Shown here piece by piece: positions 9,793 to 19,050 of a stretch of DNA of 64,000 nt. Numbering within the stretch: position 1 is the stretch's first letter; each line of letters opens with the position of its first letter. The position numbers were made by a program, and so were the translations under genes. This stretch comes from Gammaproteobacteria bacterium. GTDB taxonomy: Bacteria > Pseudomonadota > Gammaproteobacteria > Arenicellales > UBA868. The notes under the pieces were generated by a model that was given only the letters and a program-made list of their open reading frames with translations, ran no database searches and was not told where the DNA came from. The DNA lies in NCBI GenBank assembly GCA_022451485.1, contig JAKUQS010000006.1:23648-87647 (forward strand), written 5' to 3'.

Positions 9793-10839
9793 ATGAGAGT
9801 AGAACACGGCATTCGATCATCTAACTGGAATGACATTCGAGAACAAGCGGCATGGGCTGAGTCTCGAAACTATGACGGGGTTGTTACATTTGAACTTAAC
9901 AATGACCCCTTCATGTCACTCGCTATTGCCACTGCCGCTACGCAACACGTTCGATTAGGAACTGCCATTGCTGTGTGTTTCCCGCGCAGCCCCATGGTGG
10001 TTGCGTACAGCGCCTGGGACCTTCATACCCAATCTTCCGGACGATTCACGCTAGGCCTAGGCACACAGGTTAAGGGTCATAATGAACGTCGTTTCAGCGT
10101 ACCGTGGACCGCGCCGCAGCCTCGACTGCGGGAATATATCGAGGCCCTGCGGGCGATCTGGCGATGTTGGGAAAACAATGAACCGCTTGACTATCAAGGA
10201 GAGCATTACCAATTTACATTGATGACACCTGAATTTTCCCCGGCAAAATCAAACCTCGACGCTATACCCGTCACTATTGCAGCCGTCGGGCCAGCCATGA
10301 TGAGGCTCGCAGGTCAGACCTGTGATGGGGTCAGACTTCACCCGTTTGCAACACGGAAATACATTACAGAAGTCGCACTTCCTGAGATCGAATCGGGCCT
10401 CGTTAAGAGCGGTCGCGACCGTTCTTCATTTGAAGTGTGGGGAGGCGGTTTCGTTGCTATTGGCGCTGATCAAAAAGCGCTAACTGAAGCACGTGAAGAT
10501 ATTCGTGCGCGGATTGCATTTTACGGATCCACTCGGACTTACTTACCCGTATTGGCGTTGCACGGTTGGGAAGATCTTGGGGCAACACTGCACCAGATGT
10601 CCCGCCAGGGACTCTGGAATAAGATGGCAGCTGAGGTTCCTGATCACGTCGTCGATGAGTTTTCTATCATCGCACCGCCTGACGAATTGATTCCAAGGGT
10701 GCGTGAGCGGTTTGAGGGCCAAACGGATACGATCGCCCTAGATTTTTCTCCATTGTCCAACGAAAATGATGTACGACAACTAGTCTCGGAGATACACGAC
10801 ATTGACAGTCAATTCAAACAGTTTTCAAAAAGCTGGTGA
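9793..10839 (+). CDS. LLM-class (luciferase-like) flavin-dependent oxidoreductase
   Basis: 348 aa. Pattern of the TIM-barrel luciferase-like monooxygenase family. GGAGGG RBS precedes the ATG. Confidence 0.6.
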   Translation: MRVEHGIRSSNWNDIREQAAWAESRNYDGVVTFELNNDPFMSLAIATAATQHVRLGTAIAVCFPRSPMVVAYSAWDLHTQSSGRFTLGLGTQVKGHNERRFSVPWTAPQPRLREYIEALRAIWRCWENNEPLDYQGEHYQFTLMTPEFSPAKSNLDAIPVTIAAVGPAMMRLAGQTCDGVRLHPFATRKYITEVALPEIESGLVKSGRDRSSFEVWGGGFVAIGADQKALTEAREDIRARIAFYGSTRTYLPVLALHGWEDLGATLHQMSRQGLWNKMAAEVPDHVVDEFSIIAPPDELIPRVRERFEGQTDTIALDFSPLSNENDVRQLVSEIHDIDSQFKQFSKSW

Positions 10840-10896
10840 CAGCATACTCTCCAGCCACGATCTCACAACCAGGGAAAAGACACTCAAGCACATCAC

Positions 10897-11817
10897 ATGA
10901 GCATGACAGATCTTCTTCAGGGAAAAGTTGCCCTGGTTACTGGCGCCGGCCGCGGCATCGGCGCGGAAATTTCCAAACTGTTAGCCGCCTATGGGGCTAG
11001 CGTATTAGTGAATGATCTGGGTGGTAGCGGTTACGGTGAAGGGGCTGATTCGACGCCCGCGGAAGAAGTAGCTAACCATATTCGAAACCTGGGCGGTTAT
11101 GCCAGCACCAATGTTGACAGCGTCTCCGACGGTGATGCTGCCAGACGCATGGTGCAACAAGCGGTGGACACCTTTGGTCGAATCGATTTGGTCGTAAACA
11201 ATGCTGGCATTTTGCGCGATGTCATATTCCATAAGATGTCTGAATCAGATTGGGATGCGGTCATCGACGTTCATCTAAAGGGAGCTTTTAATATTGCTAG
11301 CGCCGCCGCTAAGCACTTTCGAGAACAGCAGTCAGGCTGCATGGTTCATATGACATCGACTTCTGGGCTGATTGGCAACTTTGGTCAAGCCAATTATGCC
11401 GCCGCCAAAATGGGCATCGTCGGCTTGTCCAAATCCGTTGCGCTTGATATGGCACGTTTCAATGTGAGGTCCAATTGCATTGCGCCATTTGCCTGGAGTC
11501 GAATGATTGGATCAATCCCGGTCAATGATGCAGTACAGAAAGAACGCGTTGCGAAACTCAAACAAATGACCCCTGACAAGATTGCACCGCTTATCGTCGC
11601 CCTGGCATCAGATGCGGGTCGTGACATTACCGGTCAAATATTTGCCGTTCGTCATAACGAAGTGTTCCTGATCAGTCAAAACCGCCCTATCCGGAGTGTG
11701 CATGAAGGCTCGGGTTGGACTCCCGAAAATCTGATTACACATGCGTTTCCTGCGTTTAAGGCCCAGCTCTATCCGCTGGATCGCAGCCAGGACATATTCA
11801 GCTGGGACCCGATGTAA
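10897..11817 (+). CDS. SDR family (3R)-hydroxyacyl-CoA dehydrogenase, MFE-2 N-terminal type
   Basis: GKVALVTGAGRGIG, GRIDLVVNNAGILRDVIFHKMSESDWDAVIDVHLKGAF and GNFGQANYAAAKMGIVGLSKSVALD closely match the dehydrogenase domain of multifunctional enzyme type 2. Confidence 0.75.
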   Translation: MSMTDLLQGKVALVTGAGRGIGAEISKLLAAYGASVLVNDLGGSGYGEGADSTPAEEVANHIRNLGGYASTNVDSVSDGDAARRMVQQAVDTFGRIDLVVNNAGILRDVIFHKMSESDWDAVIDVHLKGAFNIASAAAKHFREQQSGCMVHMTSTSGLIGNFGQANYAAAKMGIVGLSKSVALDMARFNVRSNCIAPFAWSRMIGSIPVNDAVQKERVAKLKQMTPDKIAPLIVALASDAGRDITGQIFAVRHNEVFLISQNRPIRSVHEGSGWTPENLITHAFPAFKAQLYPLDRSQDIFSWDPM

Positions 11818-12680
11818 TGACCATTGACTACGATGCCCTGCTGAATTGGCCGTTCCCCGAAGTTGAGCAAACTTATACAGAAAAGGATACGATTCTTTAC
11901 GCACTCGGTGTTGGGCTGGGTAACGATCCTCTCGACGAGAGACAACTACGTTATGTATTTGAAGAGCCGGCGCTTATCGCCCTTCCAACGATGGCCGCAG
12001 TCTTGGGCACCCCAGGTTTCTGGCTGCGCGAAACATCCACCGGTGTAACCTGGGAAACGCTTCTACATGGCGAACAAGGCATTGAGCTCCATCGCCCCTT
12101 ACCATCGACCGCAACCGTCGTTGCCCAAACACGGGTAACAGATATTCTGGACAAAGGTGAAGGACGCGGGGCCCTGATTTACACAGAGCGACATATCAGG
12201 AATCGCGATACCGGTGAATCCCTCGCCACCCTCACTTCTACGACCGTCGCCCGCAGCGACGGGGGCTTCGGTGGACCCTCTGTCGCGCAGCCCCGCCCCC
12301 ACCCCTTACCTGATCGACTCCCGGACCGCGTCTGTGATCTGACCAGCGTTCCCCAGGCTGCCCTTATTTATCGACTCTCCGGCGATCCCAATCCCTTACA
12401 CGCCAGCCCCGAGGTCGCACGAAGTGCGGGCTTCGACGCGCCCATTCTGCACGGGTTATGTACGCTAGGTATCGCGGGCCATGCCGTCCTCAAAACTTGT
12501 TTAGACTACGAAGCCCATAGATTTCATTCGATGCGACTGCGATTTTCAGCGCCGGTCTACCCAGGGGAAACCATTCGAACTGAAATGTGGCTTGAAGGAA
12601 ACAACATCTCTTTTCGTGCGGTTGCAGTCGAACGAGATATCACCGTCCTCAACAACGGTTACATCGGCATACGGGATTAA
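11817..12680 (+). CDS. MaoC-like (R)-specific enoyl-CoA hydratase 2 (double hotdog)
   Basis: 287 aa with N- and C-terminal MaoC/hotdog halves, the hydratase-2 part of MFE-2. The ATG overlaps the stop of the upstream SDR (ATGTAATGA), which points to translational coupling. Confidence 0.7.
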   Translation: MTIDYDALLNWPFPEVEQTYTEKDTILYALGVGLGNDPLDERQLRYVFEEPALIALPTMAAVLGTPGFWLRETSTGVTWETLLHGEQGIELHRPLPSTATVVAQTRVTDILDKGEGRGALIYTERHIRNRDTGESLATLTSTTVARSDGGFGGPSVAQPRPHPLPDRLPDRVCDLTSVPQAALIYRLSGDPNPLHASPEVARSAGFDAPILHGLCTLGIAGHAVLKTCLDYEAHRFHSMRLRFSAPVYPGETIRTEMWLEGNNISFRAVAVERDITVLNNGYIGIRD

Positions 12681-12691
12681 CACACAACAGC

Positions 12692-13831
12692 ATGAGCACA
12701 CTTTCAGGCATTAAAGTGATTGAATTCACAGGACTCGGACCGGGTCCATTCTGCGCGATGATGCTTGGGGACATGGGCGCTGACGTAGTACGAATCGATC
12801 GTATCGGCGGGCACCCCAGCACCGTCGACGCCAGAAAAAATATTCTTGATCGATCCCGCCGTTCGGTAGGGATAGATCTAAAATCAACCGATGGCATGGC
12901 AACCGCCTTGCGTCTGATTGATCAAGCCGATGCTTTAGTAGAAGGCTTTCGTCCTGGGGTGATGGAGCGTCTTGGCCTCGGACCGGACATCTGCCTGCCG
13001 CGCAACCCTCGCCTCGTTTATGGCCGTGTCACCGGATGGGGACAGTCCGGACCGTTGGCTCAGGCCGCGGGTCACGACATCAACTATCTTGGTATTACCG
13101 GCGCGCTCTCTGCTATCGGATCGGAAACCAGCGGCCCCGTACCCCCGCTAAATATGGTGGCCGATTTTGGAGCCGGGGGCATGATGCTCACAACGGGCAT
13201 TTTGGCCGCTTTGCTGCAGGCAAAGGCAACAGGCCGCGGTCAGGTGGTCGACGCCGCAATGACCGATGGTGTTCCACTGTTGATGGGCACCGCTTTCACC
13301 CTAAGAGCCAACGGGCGTTGGAACGAGGACAGCTACAACAACCTGGTGGACGGTGGCGCGTACTTTTATACCACCTATGAATGTGCCGACGGACGATGGA
13401 TTGCCCTGGGAGCTATCGAATCGCAATTCCACGCGCTGCTGCTTGAGAAATTGGGTCTGACTAATGCGCCAGAATTCCAAAACCCGCTGAATTCTGAAAA
13501 CTGGGGTGCCGCAAAATCTCGCCTGGCCGCTGTCTTTATCACTCACAATCAGGCCCATTGGCGGAAATTACTCGAAAACACCGATGTCTGTTTCGCGCCG
13601 GTCCTGACGATGACCGAGGCCCCGCAACATCCACACAATATTGCTCGGAACACTTTCATTGAAATTGAAGGAACTCTACAGGCGGCGCCTGCGCCGCGAT
13701 TCAGTGAGACTCCCAGCGAGACCCCAACTACTCCTCCCCTACCGGGAGAACACAACGATGAGGTCCTTCGCGAGTGGGGTTTTGATGAAGGCGAAGTTAC
13801 AGAACTCACTTACAGTGGCGCCATTGGCTAA
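12692..13831 (+). CDS. Family III CoA-transferase / alpha-methylacyl-CoA racemase-like (CaiB/BaiF family)
   Basis: IKVIEFTGLGPGPFCAMMLGDMGADVVRIDR N-terminus is diagnostic of the CoA-transferase family III fold. Confidence 0.75.
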   Translation: MSTLSGIKVIEFTGLGPGPFCAMMLGDMGADVVRIDRIGGHPSTVDARKNILDRSRRSVGIDLKSTDGMATALRLIDQADALVEGFRPGVMERLGLGPDICLPRNPRLVYGRVTGWGQSGPLAQAAGHDINYLGITGALSAIGSETSGPVPPLNMVADFGAGGMMLTTGILAALLQAKATGRGQVVDAAMTDGVPLLMGTAFTLRANGRWNEDSYNNLVDGGAYFYTTYECADGRWIALGAIESQFHALLLEKLGLTNAPEFQNPLNSENWGAAKSRLAAVFITHNQAHWRKLLENTDVCFAPVLTMTEAPQHPHNIARNTFIEIEGTLQAAPAPRFSETPSETPTTPPLPGEHNDEVLREWGFDEGEVTELTYSGAIG

Positions 13832-13865
13832 AGCGCTGCATCGATAAGACCAATAAGGAGACTTG

Positions 13866-15344
13866 ATGACCGTTGGCATCCACGCATTTGGCGCCTATAT
13901 CCCGAAGGCGCGGCTACAACGGAAAGTCATGGCTCACGCCTATAGTTGGTTTAACCCCGCACTTGCGAGTCTCGGACAGGGTGAACGTGCCATCGCCAAC
14001 TGGGACGAAGATGCGCTCACAATGGCAGTGGAAGCCGCACGCAATACGCTTAGCCCACAACAATACGCACAAATTGACGGCCTTTATCTGGCTTCCACCA
14101 GCCTCCCGTTCCAAGACCGACAGAATGCGGGAATCGCCGCAGAAGCAATGCATCTTGGTAATGATCTTCAGACGATGGACATCACCGGCTCCCAGCGTGC
14201 TGGCACTTCGGCCTTATTGACCGCACTGCAAATAGCAGTCGGCAATGAGCGGAATACGTTAGTCATCGGTGGAGAAAAACGTCAGGCCAAAGCAGGGAGC
14301 CCACTGCAACTGACTTCTGGGGATGGCGGGGCTGCCCTGTTAGTCGGGCCTGGCGAGGGTGTCGCCACACTGATGGGTTACGCCGCACAAAGCGTCGATT
14401 TCGTTGATCATTACCGGGGGCAGAATCAGCCATTCGATTATGTGTGGGAAGAACGATGGGTGCGGGACGAGGGATTCCTTAAAATCGTACCTAATGCGGT
14501 TCGTCAAGCTCTAGCTAATGCGGGCGCTGCCGCCTCCGAAGTTGATCATTTCTGCTTTCCTTCGCCCGCTAGACGGGTTGCCGGCATGTTGGCAAAAACA
14601 CTCGGTATTCCCGACAGCGCGGTGCGTGACAACTTACAGGGGCGCGTAGGGGAAGCCGGGGCTATCCATCCACTTCTCATGTTTACACATGCACTCGAGG
14701 AGGCAACCCCAGGCCAATTAATTTTGATCGCTGGCTTTGGCCAAGGCTGTGACGCCCTACTCTTTCGGACAACTAACCAACTCGCGACACACCGCCCCAT
14801 CAAAGAGATGAAACAACTGTTAAGTGCGGGGTATCCGGACGAAAACTATCACCGGTATTTGGCGATTAACGATCTGGTAACCGTTGAGCAAGGACTCCGG
14901 GCCGAAGTGGATAAGCAGACGGGCCTAACCACACTGTATCGAAACAGGGAAATGCTGCTTGGCCTTATCGGCGGGCGCTGCGAAACCTGCGACACGCTGC
15001 AGTATCCGAAATCCAACATTTGCGTGAATCCCGATTGTGGTGAATCAAATACGCAGGTTGCCCACTCGTTCGCAAACATGCCGTGTAAAGTGAATTCCTA
15101 TACGGCTGATCGACTCACCTATTCCCCGGATCCTCCGGCTTACTACGGCATGGTACAGTTTGATCAGGGTGGTAGAGCAATGCTCGACTTCACGGATGTT
15201 TCCTCTGACTCAGAAGTGACCGTCGGACAAGCGATGCGTCTCATGTTCCGAGTCAAGGACTATGATGTGGCGCGTGGATTCCGCCGATACTTCTGGAAGG
15301 CGGCACCCATCGGGAATGCTTTCGATAACAACGGGAAACCTTAA
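13866..15344 (+). CDS. HMG-CoA-synthase-like condensing-enzyme-fold protein fused to a C-terminal DUF35 (Zn-ribbon + OB-fold) domain
   Basis: N-terminal ~350 aa resemble HMGCS/KAS-III-like thiolase-fold proteins. The C-terminus carries CETC...NPDCG (rubredoxin-like zinc ribbon) followed by an OB-fold, as in DUF35 partners of SCPx thiolases. AAGGAG RBS lies 6 nt before the ATG at 13866. Confidence 0.6.
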   Translation: MTVGIHAFGAYIPKARLQRKVMAHAYSWFNPALASLGQGERAIANWDEDALTMAVEAARNTLSPQQYAQIDGLYLASTSLPFQDRQNAGIAAEAMHLGNDLQTMDITGSQRAGTSALLTALQIAVGNERNTLVIGGEKRQAKAGSPLQLTSGDGGAALLVGPGEGVATLMGYAAQSVDFVDHYRGQNQPFDYVWEERWVRDEGFLKIVPNAVRQALANAGAAASEVDHFCFPSPARRVAGMLAKTLGIPDSAVRDNLQGRVGEAGAIHPLLMFTHALEEATPGQLILIAGFGQGCDALLFRTTNQLATHRPIKEMKQLLSAGYPDENYHRYLAINDLVTVEQGLRAEVDKQTGLTTLYRNREMLLGLIGGRCETCDTLQYPKSNICVNPDCGESNTQVAHSFANMPCKVNSYTADRLTYSPDPPAYYGMVQFDQGGRAMLDFTDVSSDSEVTVGQAMRLMFRVKDYDVARGFRRYFWKAAPIGNAFDNNGKP

Positions 15345-15346
15345 CA

Positions 15347-16552
15347 ATGGCAAAAGGGATCAGAGATAAAGTCGCGATTCTTGGAATGGGCTGCTCCAAC
15401 TTTGGTGAGCGCTGGAATGACAATGCTGAGGACTTGATGGTCGAGTCCTTTTCAGAAGCGCTGAAAGATGCTGGTATCGAAAAAGACCAAATTGAGGCGG
15501 CCTGGTTTTCAACCGCCATTGAAGAACAACACGTGGGAAAATCCGGCATACCACTCGCGATGGCCCTAAGGCTTCCTTATATACCTGTCACGCGTGTCGA
15601 GAATTATTGCGCCTCAGGATCGGAAGCATTCCGTGGTGCCGTCTACGCAGTTGCCTCCGGTGCCGCCGATATCGCCCTCGCATTAGGTGTCGAAAAACTA
15701 AAAGACACAGGATATGGCGGGCTACCGCAAAGGTCCCGTGGCGGGCTAAATGACCTGTATTGGTCCAATATGTCTGCCCCGGGCTCCTTTGCCCAATTGG
15801 CGAGCGCTTATCAGGAAAAACATCGGGTCTCGAAACAAGATCTCAAACAAGCCATGGCACATATTTCCGTGAAAAGCCATGACAACGGTGCAAAAAATCC
15901 AAAGGCACACCTTAGAAAACCGATTACCGAGGAACAAGTGTTGAACGCACCAATGATCGCCGAACCACTGGGGCTCTTTGATTGTTGTGGGGTATCTGAT
16001 GGATCGGCGTGTGCCATTGTGACGACACCTGATATTGCTTCGGCATTGGGAAAAAAGGACATGATAACCGTGAAAGCGCTGCAGCTGGCCGTCTCTAACG
16101 GTACCGAGGTGCAACACAATTCATGGGATGGCAGTTATTTCATGACTACACGCGCCGCTTCGAGACGCGCGTACCAAGAGGCCAATATCGAAAAGCCACG
16201 CGCGGCAATCGATCTCCTTGAAGTACATGATTGTTTCTCAGTCACAGAGCTGGTAACCATGGAAGATCTCTATATCTCAGCTGAAGGCGACGCCATTAAT
16301 GATGTTAGAGATGGATTTTATGACGCAGACGGCAAAGTGCCGTGCCAGATTGACGGAGGACTGAAGTGCTTCGGACACCCCATTGGAGCATCCGGGCTAC
16401 GTATGTTGTATGAGGTCTATCTTCAGATGCAAGGTCGGGCGGGGACTCGTCAACGTGCCCAGGATCCGGTTTTCGGTTTAACACACAATCTCGGTGGCTT
16501 TCCTCATCAGAACGTCTGCTCGGTCGTAATCGTCGGGCAGCACGGCGCATGA
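15347..16552 (+). CDS. SCPx-type thiolase (nonspecific lipid-transfer protein family)
   Basis: KVAILGMGCSNFGERW and VENYCASGSEAFRGAVYAVASG are typical of SCP-x / Ltp thiolases, which work with DUF35 partners. Confidence 0.75.
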   Translation: MAKGIRDKVAILGMGCSNFGERWNDNAEDLMVESFSEALKDAGIEKDQIEAAWFSTAIEEQHVGKSGIPLAMALRLPYIPVTRVENYCASGSEAFRGAVYAVASGAADIALALGVEKLKDTGYGGLPQRSRGGLNDLYWSNMSAPGSFAQLASAYQEKHRVSKQDLKQAMAHISVKSHDNGAKNPKAHLRKPITEEQVLNAPMIAEPLGLFDCCGVSDGSACAIVTTPDIASALGKKDMITVKALQLAVSNGTEVQHNSWDGSYFMTTRAASRRAYQEANIEKPRAAIDLLEVHDCFSVTELVTMEDLYISAEGDAINDVRDGFYDADGKVPCQIDGGLKCFGHPIGASGLRMLYEVYLQMQGRAGTRQRAQDPVFGLTHNLGGFPHQNVCSVVIVGQHGA

Positions 16553-16562
16553 CGCCAAAACA

Positions 16563-18116
16563 TCATATTTGACGAGGCTCATTTTTCCAATAACGGTCGC
16601 GAAGTCGTCGCTTAAAAATTTTTCCTGAATCTTCTCGAGGAAGTTCCTGCTCGAACTCTATTCGCCGGGGCACCTTGTACCCCGCTATTCGCTCACGCAG
16701 ATAAGTCTTGATATCATCGGATTTCAAGGAATATCCTGGGATACATTGCACGACCGCTAACAGTTGCTCTCCATACTCGTCGTGGGGAATCCCAAACACC
16801 GCGCAATCTGCAACTCCAGGCATGCCGACTAAACTGGTTTCAATCTCTGCTGGATAGATATTCACGCCGCCGGAGATCACCATGTCACGCACCCTATCGC
16901 ACAAGAAAAGATAACCGTCAGTATCAAAGTAGCCCATGTCACCGCACGTAATCAGTCCGTCTCTTTCAATCTCCGCCCGCTCCTTATCGCGATTGTTGTA
17001 GGTAAAGTCCGGAAAGCCCGCAAGCCGGCCAAAAATCTCACCTGGTACACACGCTGGCACCTCATGACCATCGGAATCTAACGCTTTGACTCTAGCCCCC
17101 TCTAACGGTCGCCCCACGGTACCTGGCTTGCTAAGGGCCTCCGCAGAATCACAAATCGTCATATATCCAAGCTCTGTTGAGCCATAAAACTCATGGACGA
17201 TCGGCCCCCACCATTCAATGATTTCGCGCTTAACCTGTGCAGGACATGGTGCCGCAGCAATCATAATGTGCTGAAGTGACGTCACGTCGTATTCAGCCCG
17301 AATCGATGACGGTAACTTCAATAGGCGTATCAACATCGTCGGCACGAGAAATATATTGGTTATCTTATATTTTTGGATCAGACGAAGGCTCTCCTCCGCA
17401 TCAAAACGTGGCATTAACACCATGGTTTTTGCCTGCTGTGCAGCCCGAAGCGCCATGGAATTTGGCGCACTGTGATAGAGCGGCCCGGGAACGAGTGCAC
17501 TGATACCCGGACTTAGGCCAAAGACACGGTCGCGAATTCGACCCAGGCCCTCAACGTCAGGTTTAGATTGAGCCAAGCGACGGACTCCCTTTGGCGACCC
17601 CGTCGTTCCTGAGGTATAGAACATGGATTGAATAACCTCGGAACGTCGGTCTGGGAGCTCTCCCGCACCATCGATCAACACATTCCATGCCTGCCGCCCG
17701 CTACCATGAGCTACACAAACCTCTTTTGCCAGGCCATAGGCTGTGGCTAATTCTGCCGAAGTGTCGACCACCAAAACCTCCATCCCCCATCGCTTCCCTT
17801 CACTCAACGCACTGGAAACGCCCACTAGCAAATCCGCATGGCCCACTAAAACACGTGGCCTTGAATCCTCCAGCAGATAGGCTAACTCACCAGCAGTAGA
17901 ATGCCAGTTAATGGGTACCGCGTAGGCGCCCACTAAATTGGCCCCATAAGTCGCTTCGAAAAAACAGAAATCGTTCCGCAGTAGCAAGGCAACCGCATCA
18001 CCTGACCCGACTCCCAATGCAGCAAACACATTACCGGCCCGTAACACTCGTGACTCAAAATCATCACGCGACAACCACCGCTCTCCGCTAAAGAATCCCG
18101 CCCTCTGGCTCATCGA
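16563..18116 (-). CDS. Acyl-CoA synthetase (AMP-forming ligase family)
   Basis: AMP-binding motifs FYTSGTTGSPKGV and GYGSTE-like, with a C-terminal K. Preferred start is ATG at 18116 (MSQRAGFF) with GGGGTGAG upstream. The track ORF extends to 18251. The gene is convergent with the thiolase (10-nt gap). Confidence 0.7.
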   Translation of the reverse strand, partial: SMSQRAGFFSGERWLSRDDFESRVLRAGNVFAALGVGSGDAVALLLRNDFCFFEATYGANLVGAYAVPINWHSTAGELAYLLEDSRPRVLVGHADLLVGVSSALSEGKRWGMEVLVVDTSAELATAYGLAKEVCVAHGSGRQAWNVLIDGAGELPDRRSEVIQSMFYTSGTTGSPKGVRRLAQSKPDVEGLGRIRDRVFGLSPGISALVPGPLYHSAPNSMALRAAQQAKTMVLMPRFDAEESLRLIQKYKITNIFLVPTMLIRLLKLPSSIRAEYDVTSLQHIMIAAAPCPAQVKREIIEWWGPIVHEFYGSTELGYMTICDSAEALSKPGTVGRPLEGARVKALDSDGHEVPACVPGEIFGRLAGFPDFTYNNRDKERAEIERDGLITCGDMGYFDTDGYLFLCDRVRDMVISGGVNIYPAEIETSLVGMPGVADCAVFGIPHDEYGEQLLAVVQCIPGYSLKSDDIKTYLRERIAGYKVPRRIEFEQELPREDSGKIFKRRLRDRYWKNEPRQI

Positions 18117-18348
18117 CTCACCCCAACTAATTTCATCCGGTCTGCTCACGTCCTTACGTTTAAACAACCGACTCTTCCACCCATTTTGCACGAAGTTTCC
18201 ATCAGCCACGAGCCCTGATGATTTTCGATGGCGCAAGCCTAGACCAACCATCTATACTTCGTCGCGCATTACCCATAGGAAGCGTGTCAAACAAACGCAA
18301 GCGGGCGGAAAACACCAACTGGATTCAATCGATCATTCATGGGACATC

Positions 18349-18996
18349 ATGAACAGCAACGAAAACGACATTTATGAAAAATGCTCCTACGGCTCCGAAT
18401 CAATCGGATTTGGAGAGACACCGGGGGTCGCTGTGGTGGATTTTCAGTTAGGATTCACCGACCCCAACCATCAACTGGGTGGCTCGCCATTAGTCCAACG
18501 TGCAATCAGTAATTCCGTTCGATTATTGGACGTTGCCCGAGAGTGCGGTGTGCCCGTCGCCAATTGCTATACAGGATATAGCTCATCCCGTGACAAGCCT
18601 TACTGGAAGATTGCTGCCGTCCTAGAAGGCTTTATCGATGGTGATCACGCAACAGAATTTGATCCGCGAACCTACAACAGAGAATATGACGTTGCGATGC
18701 GAAAATCCGGTGCGTCCATGTTCTTCCAGACACCCGCAGCTGCGTTCTTTAACAAAGAAGGTGTGGACACGATTATTCTCGTGGGCTGTGTCACCTCAGG
18801 ATGTGTGCGGGCGAGTATAGTTGATAGCTTTCAGTGGGGTTTCCGAACGCTGGTACCTGAAGACTGTGTCGGCGATCAACATGAAAAGCCTCACTGGGAT
18901 AATTTGCGAGATGTCTCCCGACGATACTGTGATCTGACCACAGCAGATGCAATGATCGATGCAATTACAAACTGGCGCCGTAACAAGAATCAATAA
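18349..18996 (+). CDS. Isochorismatase-family cysteine hydrolase (N-carbamoylsarcosine-amidase-like)
   Basis: VAVVDFQLGFTD and ILVGCVTSGCVRASIVDSFQWGFRTLV. The conserved Cys sits in the G-C-V context seen in CSHase, pyrazinamidase and YcaC enzymes. Confidence 0.65.
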   Translation: MNSNENDIYEKCSYGSESIGFGETPGVAVVDFQLGFTDPNHQLGGSPLVQRAISNSVRLLDVARECGVPVANCYTGYSSSRDKPYWKIAAVLEGFIDGDHATEFDPRTYNREYDVAMRKSGASMFFQTPAAAFFNKEGVDTIILVGCVTSGCVRASIVDSFQWGFRTLVPEDCVGDQHEKPHWDNLRDVSRRYCDLTTADAMIDAITNWRRNKNQ

Positions 18997-19050
18997 AATA
19001 CACAGCCGATTGACTACCCTACCGCTAGCGCACTTACCCAGCAGATACGT

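Noticed and set aside
13036-13380. 114-aa + strand ORF (Arg/Gly-rich) overlapping the CoA-transferase gene in another frame
   Set aside because: Alternative frame of a confidently assigned gene. The low-complexity basic composition indicates a non-coding frame artefact.
15746-16119. Two overlapping 100-123-aa ORFs on the - strand within the thiolase gene
   Set aside because: Antisense to the SCPx thiolase, with no motifs and no start signals.
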